A program made the position numbers and the translations under genes. Under the pieces are notes generated by a model, which had not been told where the DNA came from, searched no databases, and was given only the letters and a program-made list of their open reading frames with translations. From Chthoniobacter flavus (GTDB lineage: Bacteria > Verrucomicrobiota > Verrucomicrobiia > Chthoniobacterales > Terrimicrobiaceae), in contig CAMBAQ010000001.1 in the NCBI GenBank assembly GCA_945863785.1, positions 1-26,446 of the forward strand: DNA of 26,446 nt. The letters are read 5' to 3'. Positions 9,014 to 17,528 of this stretch are shown piece by piece. How positions within the stretch are numbered: the first letter of the stretch is position 1; every line of letters starts with the position of its first letter.

Positions 9014-11092
9014 TTACTTCGAGTCAGGGAGGATCTGTCCGCTGAGGCGTTGGATGCCTTCCTTTGCAAGCTGGCTTGCGGGGTATTTTTTTCGGGCCTT
9101 CAGATACCAAGCCAGAGAGGATCCGGGTTGGCCTTTTTTCTCTAAATCACCCGCTTGGTTGAGGGATTGCACAAATTCCGATGCTTGGGTGGTGAGGTCC
9201 GCCCGGAGTTGGTTGAGCTCAGAATCATCTGGAAATTCCTTTTGTGCAACTTGTACGCTTTCCCAAGCTCCTGCAGGATCCCCTCTTTGGGAGATTTCTC
9301 GGGCCTTGATAATGGCGCCTTCGACCGTCGCCATTTGCTGAAGGACATCAGTGAGTTCCTTTTGTTTTTCCGGATATAGCGCAGAGGCGGCAATGAATCG
9401 CATCTTATCGTTGTAAATCTGGCGGTAGTTTTTCTGGCTTTTGAGGCGGTCAAAGTCATTCATGGCCTGTTGCTGGATGTCCGTTTGATTGGAGATAGTG
9501 GTTCCCACCTCTGCGAGCGCGGGATTTCTGGGCCAGATTTGGGCGGCCTCACGGAGCTCTTTTTCCATCGCGGATTTGTCACCGGATATCGCTGCAGTGC
9601 GTGCTTTGGCGAGGTGCATGCTACTGATGCTTTTGGCGGTTTCGATTTTGGCGAGGGGTTTGCTTGGGTCGAAATCCTTCGCGAGACCTTCGATTTCATG
9701 TACCAATTTCTCGGCGCGTGTGAGGTCATTGACTTCAAGTGCAGCGAGAAGTTCATTGCTTTTCTGGGTGTAATCCAATGCCCTCCGTTTATCATCCCGG
9801 GAAAGAAGGCGAACGCTGGGCATAAATTCCCCTAATGCGAAGGTTTCTTGCAAACGCTCCGTGGCGCTTTGTAATTCGCCTTGTTCCAGCAGGAATTTGT
9901 AGGCCTCTACACCTTCATTCACATCGCGAATCGCTTCATTTGCGAGTGCGTCTATCTGGCTGAGCGAGCTAATGAGTTTGCTCATGCTTTGAGCGGCGGA
10001 AGCGGCTCCGCCCGCTAGGCTTTCAATGCCGAGATTCTCTAATCCCATCTTCATGCCTTTTGCCGAAAAAGAGTTGCCTGTACGTTGGGGAGCATTGCCG
10101 TTGTAAACATTGACATTCGTGCCCTTTTCTCCCGCACCAGCTCCGCCTCCGGCATTATTTTCCATCACCCCCTCAGAAGCGGATACTTGGGGATTAAATT
10201 CGGCGCTGAACTTGGCCTGTCCCGCATCTTTGTTTGTGGGGAGGGAGTTGACCATCTTTTTGTATAAGTCGATCGAGTTGTCGCCGTCCGAGTAAATAGC
10301 TCTGTAAAATCGGTTGGCGATAATCACATGCTCAAATCGGCGAGTAGCAAGGAACTGCATCATGAGAGCTTGAAAGTGCCCTTTGGTGCTCATTTCCGTG
10401 AGACCGATCCGTATTTTGTTATTTTCAATTGTCTGACCGACTTCGGACAATTTCCGTTTTGCAGATGCCATCCGTGCATCTCGCTCGATCCGCTGATTTT
10501 CTTTTTGTACGTCGGAATCTTTTTGGTTGGGGTTTGTGAGGGAGGAGTTTTTGGCCGCCATCTGAGTGTTCCATTCTGCTGTGGAGCGCTCTTTTTCAAG
10601 GAGGACATTTTCGCGTTTGAGCTTTTCATTAGTGGCTACGCTGGTGTTTGACGCGTAGATGGCATCTGAGAGTGTGCGGCAGAGATTGGCATCTTCTTTG
10701 TACTCAGAAGCCTTTTTGAGGAGAGCAAATGCGGCATCTTGGTTTTGTTTCGTAGCCTTACCCGGAGAAATGAGGTCGAGTATCCGGTCAATGGTTTGCC
10801 GGTAGGTACGATCGGACTCGGAGGTGGCTGCTGACGTATTGAGAAATTTTTCAAACCTAGCCCGGAAAATGCGATTGTTATTTATGTTCCAAAGCTTGCC
10901 ATCGTAGCTCATGACTTCGCTGCCGGGATCGAAGGCGGGAACGTCGCGGCCAATGAAGCCCTCGTTCGCCTGGGGTGGTCTGGCTCCCCCAGTGGCCGCT
11001 TGGGAGTCACCCGCGCCCGGAGGTACGCCTTGTGAAAAAGCGGTTAAGAAACCCAAGAAACAGGCCGCCGGAATGATAAGAATTTTTTTCAT
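9014..11092 (-). CDS. large exported alpha-helical/coiled-coil hypothetical protein with TPR-like C-terminus
   Basis: 692-aa ORF with a signal peptide (MKKILIIPAACFLGFLTAFSQ), Glu/Lys/Ala/Gln-rich helical composition and TPR-like helix pairs (AWESVQVAQKEFP, LAWYLKARKKYP). Confidence 0.75.
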   Translation of the reverse strand: MKKILIIPAACFLGFLTAFSQGVPPGAGDSQAATGGARPPQANEGFIGRDVPAFDPGSEVMSYDGKLWNINNNRIFRARFEKFLNTSAATSESDRTYRQTIDRILDLISPGKATKQNQDAAFALLKKASEYKEDANLCRTLSDAIYASNTSVATNEKLKRENVLLEKERSTAEWNTQMAAKNSSLTNPNQKDSDVQKENQRIERDARMASAKRKLSEVGQTIENNKIRIGLTEMSTKGHFQALMMQFLATRRFEHVIIANRFYRAIYSDGDNSIDLYKKMVNSLPTNKDAGQAKFSAEFNPQVSASEGVMENNAGGGAGAGEKGTNVNVYNGNAPQRTGNSFSAKGMKMGLENLGIESLAGGAASAAQSMSKLISSLSQIDALANEAIRDVNEGVEAYKFLLEQGELQSATERLQETFALGEFMPSVRLLSRDDKRRALDYTQKSNELLAALEVNDLTRAEKLVHEIEGLAKDFDPSKPLAKIETAKSISSMHLAKARTAAISGDKSAMEKELREAAQIWPRNPALAEVGTTISNQTDIQQQAMNDFDRLKSQKNYRQIYNDKMRFIAASALYPEKQKELTDVLQQMATVEGAIIKAREISQRGDPAGAWESVQVAQKEFPDDSELNQLRADLTTQASEFVQSLNQAGDLEKKGQPGSSLAWYLKARKKYPASQLAKEGIQRLSGQILPDSK

Positions 11093-11481
11093 GATTTGCT
11101 GACCTTTTTGGTGCGGAGGATGCCCTTCTCATCGACTTCGACGACGAAAATGAGGTTTTGTTCCTTCTGGATATTCATCGAGCTGAACTCGGGGGTTACC
11201 AGAAGGGGGAGTTCCTCGTTATCGACAGTGATCGCGATGAGTCTTCCGGAATTCGGCGACCAAGCGAGAGACTCCGCCACAGTGCCTTTCAGCTTGTAAG
11301 TATTTCCGCGCAGACTATTGGCGTTTTCAAGATACGAAGAGGCATCCAGAAGAGGGATGGTCCGGTATGGGTCGGTCTCCTTGGAATTGAAAAACTGAGA
11401 ACCAATAAAAGCCACTACGGCAAGGCCTATGATCGCGATAAGCCATTTCGGCTGGGGGGAGGATTTCTTTTTGCGAGCCAT
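11089..11481 (-). CDS. membrane-anchored small beta-barrel (OB-fold-like) hypothetical protein
   Basis: Basic N-terminus, one transmembrane segment, then a beta-rich domain (LRGNTYKLKGTV). ATGA overlap with the downstream gene. Confidence 0.7.
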   Translation of the reverse strand: MARKKKSSPQPKWLIAIIGLAVVAFIGSQFFNSKETDPYRTIPLLDASSYLENANSLRGNTYKLKGTVAESLAWSPNSGRLIAITVDNEELPLLVTPEFSSMNIQKEQNLIFVVEVDEKGILRTKKVSKS

Positions 11482-11573
11482 GCCCCCTTGTAGTTCTATC
11501 CCCGCCCGAATTCAAGAAACTCCGCAGACTTGCGAAAGATCCGAGAACGGTGCAGTTTGATGCTCTCCTTTTT

Positions 11574-12566
11574 ATGTCGAACACCACTTTGCAACTCATC
11601 GTGCAACCCGATGAAGGTCCGGCGCCTGTAGTCGAACTGATTCGCCAAGCCAAGCGCACGCTTCTTCTCAAGCAGTTTACTTTTACCCATCCCGATATTC
11701 TTCAGGCCGTCGGGGATGCGCGGAAGTCCGGTGTGCGAGTTCGAGTGATGTTGAATTCCAAGCGCTCTGGGGGCAGTCGGGCCAATGATGACACCATGGA
11801 ATGGCTCAAAAAAAATGATGTCGAAGTCAAGTGGGCCAGCCCGAGATTTTACGTCACCCATGAGAAGTCCCTCGTTGTTGATGATCAACTCGCTCTCGTG
11901 GCGACATTCAATTTGTGTGAAAAGTATTTTACACTCACGAGGGATTACGGGGTTGTGACCCGCGATCCGGCGAAAATCCAGCAGATCACAGAGTGCTTTG
12001 AAGCCGATTGGCGCGAGGATGATTGGGCGCCCACCGCAAATGCCGGCCTGCTCTGGAGCAACAAACGCTCCCGTGAGGAAATGGCGTATTTTATTGATTC
12101 CGCCAAGCACACGCTTCACATCCAGCATCCGAAATTTGTTGATGCCACCCTGCTTGACCGCATCGCAAGTGCGGCGGCAAATGGGGTGAAGGTGCGAGTC
12201 CTGTGTGGAGGCAAACATGGAATCAGCGACTGCGACATTCTCGACACCTTTTCCTCCCTGCGTGTGATTAGCCGAGCAGGAGCTAAGGTGCATAAACAAA
12301 AAAATCTTCGCCTTCACGCCAAGCTCATCATCGCCGACAAGGAGCGGGCCTTGGTGGGTTCTATGAATATCGACCGCTCCGCCTTCGATCTCCGCCGGGA
12401 ACTCGGCGTGGTGGTCGAGGATCGCGTCATAGTCGCCCATCTTGACAAGGTGTTTGAAGAGGATTGGGAGTCATCCCATCGCTACGAAATCCCCGATCCG
12501 TTGGATCCTTCGCTCCATTCCGAAGAGACTGATTTCGCGCATGATCCCGACCTCCACCACGAGTAG
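11574..12566 (+). CDS. phospholipase D superfamily protein (two HKD motifs)
   Basis: HEKSLVVD and HAKLIIAD...GSMN motifs. No signal peptide or transmembrane segment. ATG at 11574. Confidence 0.9.
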   Translation: MSNTTLQLIVQPDEGPAPVVELIRQAKRTLLLKQFTFTHPDILQAVGDARKSGVRVRVMLNSKRSGGSRANDDTMEWLKKNDVEVKWASPRFYVTHEKSLVVDDQLALVATFNLCEKYFTLTRDYGVVTRDPAKIQQITECFEADWREDDWAPTANAGLLWSNKRSREEMAYFIDSAKHTLHIQHPKFVDATLLDRIASAAANGVKVRVLCGGKHGISDCDILDTFSSLRVISRAGAKVHKQKNLRLHAKLIIADKERALVGSMNIDRSAFDLRRELGVVVEDRVIVAHLDKVFEEDWESSHRYEIPDPLDPSLHSEETDFAHDPDLHHE

Positions 12567-13110
12567 CGTTCCCGAGCCGAGCCTTGCCGAGTTGGCTTGG
12601 ACGTTCAATCACATCGCCCTTGCGTCCTTTGGTGGGGGGCTTTCGGCTTGGTCACGAGAGGTTGTTGTGGTCGAAAAAAAGTGGATGAGCGATGAGGAAT
12701 TTCTCAGCGCCCTCACAATGTGTCGCATTCTTCCCGGGGCGAATCAGATCAATATGGCCGTTTTTGTCGGCTCGAAATTCCGTGGAATGGCTGGTGCTTG
12801 CGCGGCCTGTTTTGGCCTCACCTTTATGCCGGTGGTGATCGTGCTGGCGATGAGTGTGGCTTACTTCAAATTCAACGACGTTCCAGCGATGCAAAATACC
12901 CTCAAGGGTGCCGCTGCAGGAGCTGTTGCGCTGACTTTTTCCATGGCGATTAAAACGGGTCGCAAGTGCCTCACGGGAGTCATTCCAGCGTTGCTCTTGG
13001 TGGCGACCTTTGTGATGAACGGGGTTCTGCACTGGCCGCTCTTTGGGGTGCTTGCCATCGTGGCTCCGCCAGCGCTCTTGTGGGCGTGGCCGAAGGGGGC
13101 GAGGACATGA
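12541..13110 (+). CDS. chrA: short-chain chromate (CHR) transporter, first half
   Basis: SFGGG, W....EF, LPGAN and V..G motifs in a hydrophobic protein. The start at 12541 (26-nt overlap with the PLD gene) is uncertain. Confidence 0.88.
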   Translation: MIPTSTTSSVPEPSLAELAWTFNHIALASFGGGLSAWSREVVVVEKKWMSDEEFLSALTMCRILPGANQINMAVFVGSKFRGMAGACAACFGLTFMPVVIVLAMSVAYFKFNDVPAMQNTLKGAAAGAVALTFSMAIKTGRKCLTGVIPALLLVATFVMNGVLHWPLFGVLAIVAPPALLWAWPKGART

Positions 13111-13640
13111 AAGACGAGGGGCTGAATCTCATTCACATCCTGCTTCTTTTTAGTTCACTTTCGTTGCTTTCCATCGGCGGGGGAAACACGGTCATTCCCG
13201 AGATGCAGCACAAATCGGTGGGTGCCTACGGGTGGCTCACCGACAAGCAGTTCGCGGATGTCTTTGCCATATCCCAAGCTGCTCCAGGGCCGAGTGTGCT
13301 GCTAGTCACGATCATCGGCTACAAGGCGGCAGGGCTTCTCGGGGCACTGCTGGCCACGGTGGCCATGATCTTACCTGCCGCTGCGCTCGTTTTTCTTGTG
13401 AGTCGCATGTGGAATCGCGCTGCAGACTCCCCGCTGCGCCATGCCATTGAGCGGGGTTTTGCTCCTCTGACGGTCGGTCTCGTTCTTGCCAGCGGATATG
13501 TGATGAGCCATGCTGCAGATCATGATTGGCGGGCTTACATTCTCACCGGCGTATGCACTGTGATCTGCACTTCCACAAAAACAAATCCCCTCTTTGTCGT
13601 CGGCGGGGCCTCGCTTGTCGGATGGTTGGGCTGGATTTAG
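13107..13640 (+). CDS. chrA: short-chain chromate (CHR) transporter, second half
   Basis: SIGGGNTVIPEM, WLTDKQFAD and ISQAAPGP motifs. ATGA overlap with the first half. Confidence 0.9.
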   Translation: MKDEGLNLIHILLLFSSLSLLSIGGGNTVIPEMQHKSVGAYGWLTDKQFADVFAISQAAPGPSVLLVTIIGYKAAGLLGALLATVAMILPAAALVFLVSRMWNRAADSPLRHAIERGFAPLTVGLVLASGYVMSHAADHDWRAYILTGVCTVICTSTKTNPLFVVGGASLVGWLGWI

Positions 13641-13653
13641 GAATGACGTCGAT

Positions 13654-14616
13654 ATGCTGAATTTCCTCATTCGCCGTTTATTGATCAGCGTGGTGCTCCT
13701 GTTTTTCTTTAGCCTCGTTTCGTTTTTCATGGTCACGATGTCTCCTGGGAGTCCTTACCCTTGGGGGGAGCTGAATCCCAAGATCACGCCGCAGGTGAAG
13801 GAGATGTTCAGCAAAAAGTTACACCTCGACCGTCCCCACTACGAGCAATACTGGCTGAATATGCGCGACCTTTTCACGGGTCGCCTGAGAAGCATCAAAG
13901 ACGACCGTCCCGTGATGAGCCGGATCTTCGACCGCTTGCCCGCGACAGTGCTTCTGAATGTTGCCGCGATTACGCTCTCGCTCACTTTCGGCCTTGTGAT
14001 CGGTGTCTTTTGTTCGAGGTATGCCGGACGCGCGCCGGATAGCGTGATTTCGTTCGGGGTCTTCGTTTTTATTGCCGTTCCCACATTCTGGATCGCCAAT
14101 CTGGCCGTGATCGGACTTGTGAAATTCACGGCGGTTCCGGTGCTCGGCACTCAATCGTATGGCATTGCATTTCCGAATATGGCCTCGATGTGGCTGGATC
14201 AAATCTGGCACGTCATGCTCCCAGCGACGATCCTCTCGTTGGGTGGCATTGCGGTGCAATCCCGCTACATTCGGGCCAGTATGCTGGAGACGCTCCGTGA
14301 GGGGTACATCCGAACAGCGCGGGCGAAGGGGCTCGATGAAGGTACGATTTTTTACAAGCATGCCCTCCGCAACTCCATTCGGCCACTCATTACGGGCATC
14401 GGGGGACTTCTTCCGGCTCTGATCGGGGGATCCGTGATCGTGGAGACGATCTTTGCGTATCCCGGCATGGGCCGCCTTGGATATGAAGCGGTGCTGGAGC
14501 GGGATTACCCGATGCTAGTGGCGCTGAACTTCATTGTTGCCGCCTTGGTTCTCGTCGGCAACCTTGCTTCAGACTTCCTCTACGCTGTTGTGGATCCTCG
14601 CGTGAGGTTAGAGTAG
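13654..14616 (+). CDS. oppB: peptide ABC transporter permease (OppB/DppB family)
   Basis: MLNFLIRRLL start, LDRP..EQY, RLPAT..L, the EAA motif YIRTARAKGL, KHALRNS, ETIFAYPGMG and VVDPRVR. Confidence 0.93.
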   Translation: MLNFLIRRLLISVVLLFFFSLVSFFMVTMSPGSPYPWGELNPKITPQVKEMFSKKLHLDRPHYEQYWLNMRDLFTGRLRSIKDDRPVMSRIFDRLPATVLLNVAAITLSLTFGLVIGVFCSRYAGRAPDSVISFGVFVFIAVPTFWIANLAVIGLVKFTAVPVLGTQSYGIAFPNMASMWLDQIWHVMLPATILSLGGIAVQSRYIRASMLETLREGYIRTARAKGLDEGTIFYKHALRNSIRPLITGIGGLLPALIGGSVIVETIFAYPGMGRLGYEAVLERDYPMLVALNFIVAALVLVGNLASDFLYAVVDPRVRLE

Positions 14617-14626
14617 CGGCAGAGTT

Positions 14627-15091
14627 TTACTCGCTGCTAGGTTCCTCTTTTTCGGGATTTTGAAGGCGTTCGAGGAGAGGGCGCATATCTTCGACTTCAT
14701 CCCAGACCACATGGCTCACATAGATCGGGGCCTTTTGAAGGGCTGCCATCGCCATGCAATCGCTGGAGCGGGCATCGATTTCCATAATCTTGTGCTGATG
14801 CAGTTCGTTTTCGGCCGAGATGATGAGGCGACCAAAATAGACGCCGTTTTTGAAATCATTAATGACAACGCGCTCGACCTTGCCACCCAGCGCGGTGAGG
14901 ACATTCGAGAGGAGGTCGTGAGTGAGGGGGCGTTCTTTTTCGGCCCCGCTGAGGTAAATGCTGAGTGCCGACCCGATCGTCTGGTCGATGTAAATCGTAA
15001 AGACTTTTTCCTCATTGCCGAGGAAAACAGCCGTCCCAGCATTGGTCGGAATGAGCGCTCGAATCTGCACTGGTATCACGGACTTCTTCAC
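14627..15091 (-). CDS. bifunctional nuclease (DUF151/BFN) family protein
   Basis: ERPLTHDL, V.RVVI.D...GVYFGRL and IDARSSD motifs. GTG start. Confidence 0.9.
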   Translation of the reverse strand: MKKSVIPVQIRALIPTNAGTAVFLGNEEKVFTIYIDQTIGSALSIYLSGAEKERPLTHDLLSNVLTALGGKVERVVINDFKNGVYFGRLIISAENELHQHKIMEIDARSSDCMAMAALQKAPIYVSHVVWDEVEDMRPLLERLQNPEKEEPSSE

Positions 15092-15139
15092 GGGCTCAAA
15101 CTACCACCACATTACGTATGCGCAAGAGGGTTGAAAAAA

Positions 15140-15553
15140 TTACAGATTCTTCCTGAGGCGCGGTATCACCATGATCGCCACAGCACCGGCGAAGAGCAAA
15201 ATATCGCGCCCGATGGCCAGAAGCATTTTCGCGGCGGAGGGAGCCATGTCCTCGCGAAAGCATCCACAACTCACGATGTAACCATTCCATAGAGCCCAAC
15301 TCAGCACAGCGATAAAAACGAGACATAGGCCGGCTATCATGGCCGCGCCAGCTTCATAGATTCGTGGTGCCAATACGAGCACCCCGGCTAGGATTTCCAT
15401 CCACGCCAACCCGATGGCAAGTGGCCCAGTCCACATCGAGTCGATGAAAGTGAATGGCAGGAGCGCTATGGCAAAGGCTTGGCTGGCGCTGGCCTTGATG
15501 ATGCCTGCGTAGAGGAAGGTGATCCCGAGGATAAGCCGAAGCGCCAGTGTCAT
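15140..15553 (-). CDS. MauE/DoxX-family redox-associated membrane protein
   Basis: LRLILG..FLYAGIIK, L.WMEILAG and SCGCF motifs with four hydrophobic helices. The ATG at 15553 overlaps the folP stop. Confidence 0.85.
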   Translation of the reverse strand: MTLALRLILGITFLYAGIIKASASQAFAIALLPFTFIDSMWTGPLAIGLAWMEILAGVLVLAPRIYEAGAAMIAGLCLVFIAVLSWALWNGYIVSCGCFREDMAPSAAKMLLAIGRDILLFAGAVAIMVIPRLRKNL

Positions 15554-16491
15554 TGCAGTGTTCCTACCGCGCGAACGGCAAACCAAGCGGCGCTTACATT
15601 GTGAATGCGAAAAATCGAGGCACCACGGAGGCACCCGGCTACGATACAGGCGATCGTACCCGCATCGCGTTCTTGTGGTCTTTCGATGCCCAGCACGCGG
15701 CCGATCACGCTCTTTCGAGAAACTGGCAGAAGGATGGGAAAACCAAGCGCCATGAGTTTTTCGAGTTCGCGGTAAATTCGAAGATTATCGGGGGCCTGTT
15801 TCGCGAAATCGATGCCCGGATCTAAAATGAGGTGTTCTCTGCTGACTCCGGCACGGATGGCGATCTCCGTTTTTTCCTTAAAAAAAGCGAGTAATTCGCT
15901 CATCACATCCGGGTAGGTGATATGTTTGTGGGCGATTTTTGGCTCTCCCTTGGAGTGCATGATGAGCAGGGCAGCGCCTATGGAAGAGCAGTGGAGGGCA
16001 TTTGTCTCATCTGGGAGGGCGCTCATGTCGTTCAAAATATCAAACCCTGCGGCCAATGCGCCAGACACCACGTTTGGTCGCCAAGTATTCAATGATACGA
16101 GCGGAGGAAATACCTGAGAATCCGTGCGGGGGCGGGCCGAGCTCATCGCTTTGGAAAAGTTTTCGAGAAACGGTCGCACGCGTGCCAACTCCTCCTTCTC
16201 TGAGATAGGCGGGCGATTTGTTCGCGCGCTCTCCCCGCCCACGTCGATGATGTCGGCTCCCTCAGCGACCATCTCAACGGCGCGGGCTAGGGCCCAATCC
16301 GCGTCGAGTCGGCCATCACCAGCGAACGAATCGTCGTTGATATTCAAAATTCCCATCAGAAGCGGGTTGCCAGAGAGTGGAATCTGGCGATCGCGGCAAT
16401 GAAGCTCCTGAGCGGTATTCCGGATGTTCTCCTTGTATCGAGAGGCATACTTCTCCAGCTTGGTCTCGTATTTAGAGTGTATGGGTTTCAT
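15550..16491 (-). CDS. folP: dihydropteroate synthase-like (pterin-binding) protein with divergent active-site loops
   Basis: MGILN..DSF, GADIIDVGGES, ILND, LDPG, VSRKS and R.H motifs. Start at ATG 16491; the next in-frame ATG is at MGILN. Confidence 0.85.
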   Translation of the reverse strand: MKPIHSKYETKLEKYASRYKENIRNTAQELHCRDRQIPLSGNPLLMGILNINDDSFAGDGRLDADWALARAVEMVAEGADIIDVGGESARTNRPPISEKEELARVRPFLENFSKAMSSARPRTDSQVFPPLVSLNTWRPNVVSGALAAGFDILNDMSALPDETNALHCSSIGAALLIMHSKGEPKIAHKHITYPDVMSELLAFFKEKTEIAIRAGVSREHLILDPGIDFAKQAPDNLRIYRELEKLMALGFPILLPVSRKSVIGRVLGIERPQERDAGTIACIVAGCLRGASIFRIHNVSAAWFAVRAVGTLQ

Positions 16492-17524
16492 TGAGACTGT
16501 TTTTGAAAAATTAAGGAAGCATCCCAAGCGGATTGTTTTCGCCGATGGTGAACTGCCCCGTGTGATACGGGCAGCGGAGATTTTTTACCAGCGGCAACTC
16601 GGTGTGCCGATCCTTCTTGGCCGTCGAGAGGTCATCAGACAAATTGCTGACGAGGAAAAAATCAGTCTCGACCATGTCGGAATCATTAATCCCGAAACCT
16701 CGAGCGAGCTTCCGCTTTTCTGTCAACGCCTCGAGCGGCTCGAGCGCTACCGTAATACCGGCAACAAGGATAGTCATGAGGTGATGGTGAAGCCAAACTA
16801 CTTCGCTGCCATGATGCTCCAATATGGGCTGGCGGATGCGCTTGTCGGGGGAGCCAATGCAGCGGGCGGCACGCTTTTGAGGCCGATGCTGCAACTGGTG
16901 AAGCCGTTGCCATTTACTGATGTGGTGGCGTCCTGCACGATCGTGGAGTTTACTTCGAGGTCGTTCGGAGATGACGGCGTGGTTTTCTTTGCGGATACGG
17001 GCATCGTTCCCGATCCGACGATGGCGCAGTTGGCTTCCATCGGAGTCCAGGCCGGCCTTCTTGCGCGTCAGGTTTTTGGGAGGCGTCCTCGAGTGGCCAT
17101 GCTGAGTTTCTCGACGAAGGGAAGTGCGCGAACGCCATCCACCGAGAAGGTAGCTGGAGCTGTGACTCTTGCCCGCCACATTGCGGAACAAGTTGGAGCC
17201 GACATGTCGATCGACGGTGAGATGCAGGCCGACGCGGCTCTCGATCCGGTTTTTGCTCAAATGAAAATGCCTGAGAGCCATGTCGCCGGAAAAGCGAATG
17301 TCCTCATTTTTCCTGATTTGAATAGTGGCAACATCTCGGTGAAATTCGTTCAGCTCTTTTCTGAGTGCCAAACCTACGGTCAGATTTTGATGGGATTCAC
17401 TCGACCTGCCGTTGACATCCCGATGGGAGTTTCTTCGGATAATATGGCGGCGATGGCTGCTATCGTGGGTCTGCAGGCGGTTGAGTATCGCAAACTTTAT
17501 CCGCCACCAGATACGGCGGATTGA
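16481..17524 (+). CDS. phosphate acetyltransferase (PTA_PTB)-fold protein, probably catalytically degenerate
   Basis: KRIVFADGE.PRV.RAA, AMLSFSTKGSA, DGEMQADAA and GKANVLIFPDLNSGNI motifs. The canonical DLSRG motif reads DIPMG. Confidence 0.88.
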   Translation: MGFIETVFEKLRKHPKRIVFADGELPRVIRAAEIFYQRQLGVPILLGRREVIRQIADEEKISLDHVGIINPETSSELPLFCQRLERLERYRNTGNKDSHEVMVKPNYFAAMMLQYGLADALVGGANAAGGTLLRPMLQLVKPLPFTDVVASCTIVEFTSRSFGDDGVVFFADTGIVPDPTMAQLASIGVQAGLLARQVFGRRPRVAMLSFSTKGSARTPSTEKVAGAVTLARHIAEQVGADMSIDGEMQADAALDPVFAQMKMPESHVAGKANVLIFPDLNSGNISVKFVQLFSECQTYGQILMGFTRPAVDIPMGVSSDNMAAMAAIVGLQAVEYRKLYPPPDTAD

Positions 17525-17528
17525 TTCT

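Noticed and set aside
8998-9069. Longer NYN start at 9069, and similar upstream extensions in the ORF track (1914, 12442, 12966, 13594, 15634, 16424, 17412, 22731)
   Set aside because: They overlap neighbouring genes extensively and precede the recognisable family N-termini.
11496-12440. 314-aa minus-strand ORF
   Set aside because: It is an antisense shadow of the PLD gene with no family features.
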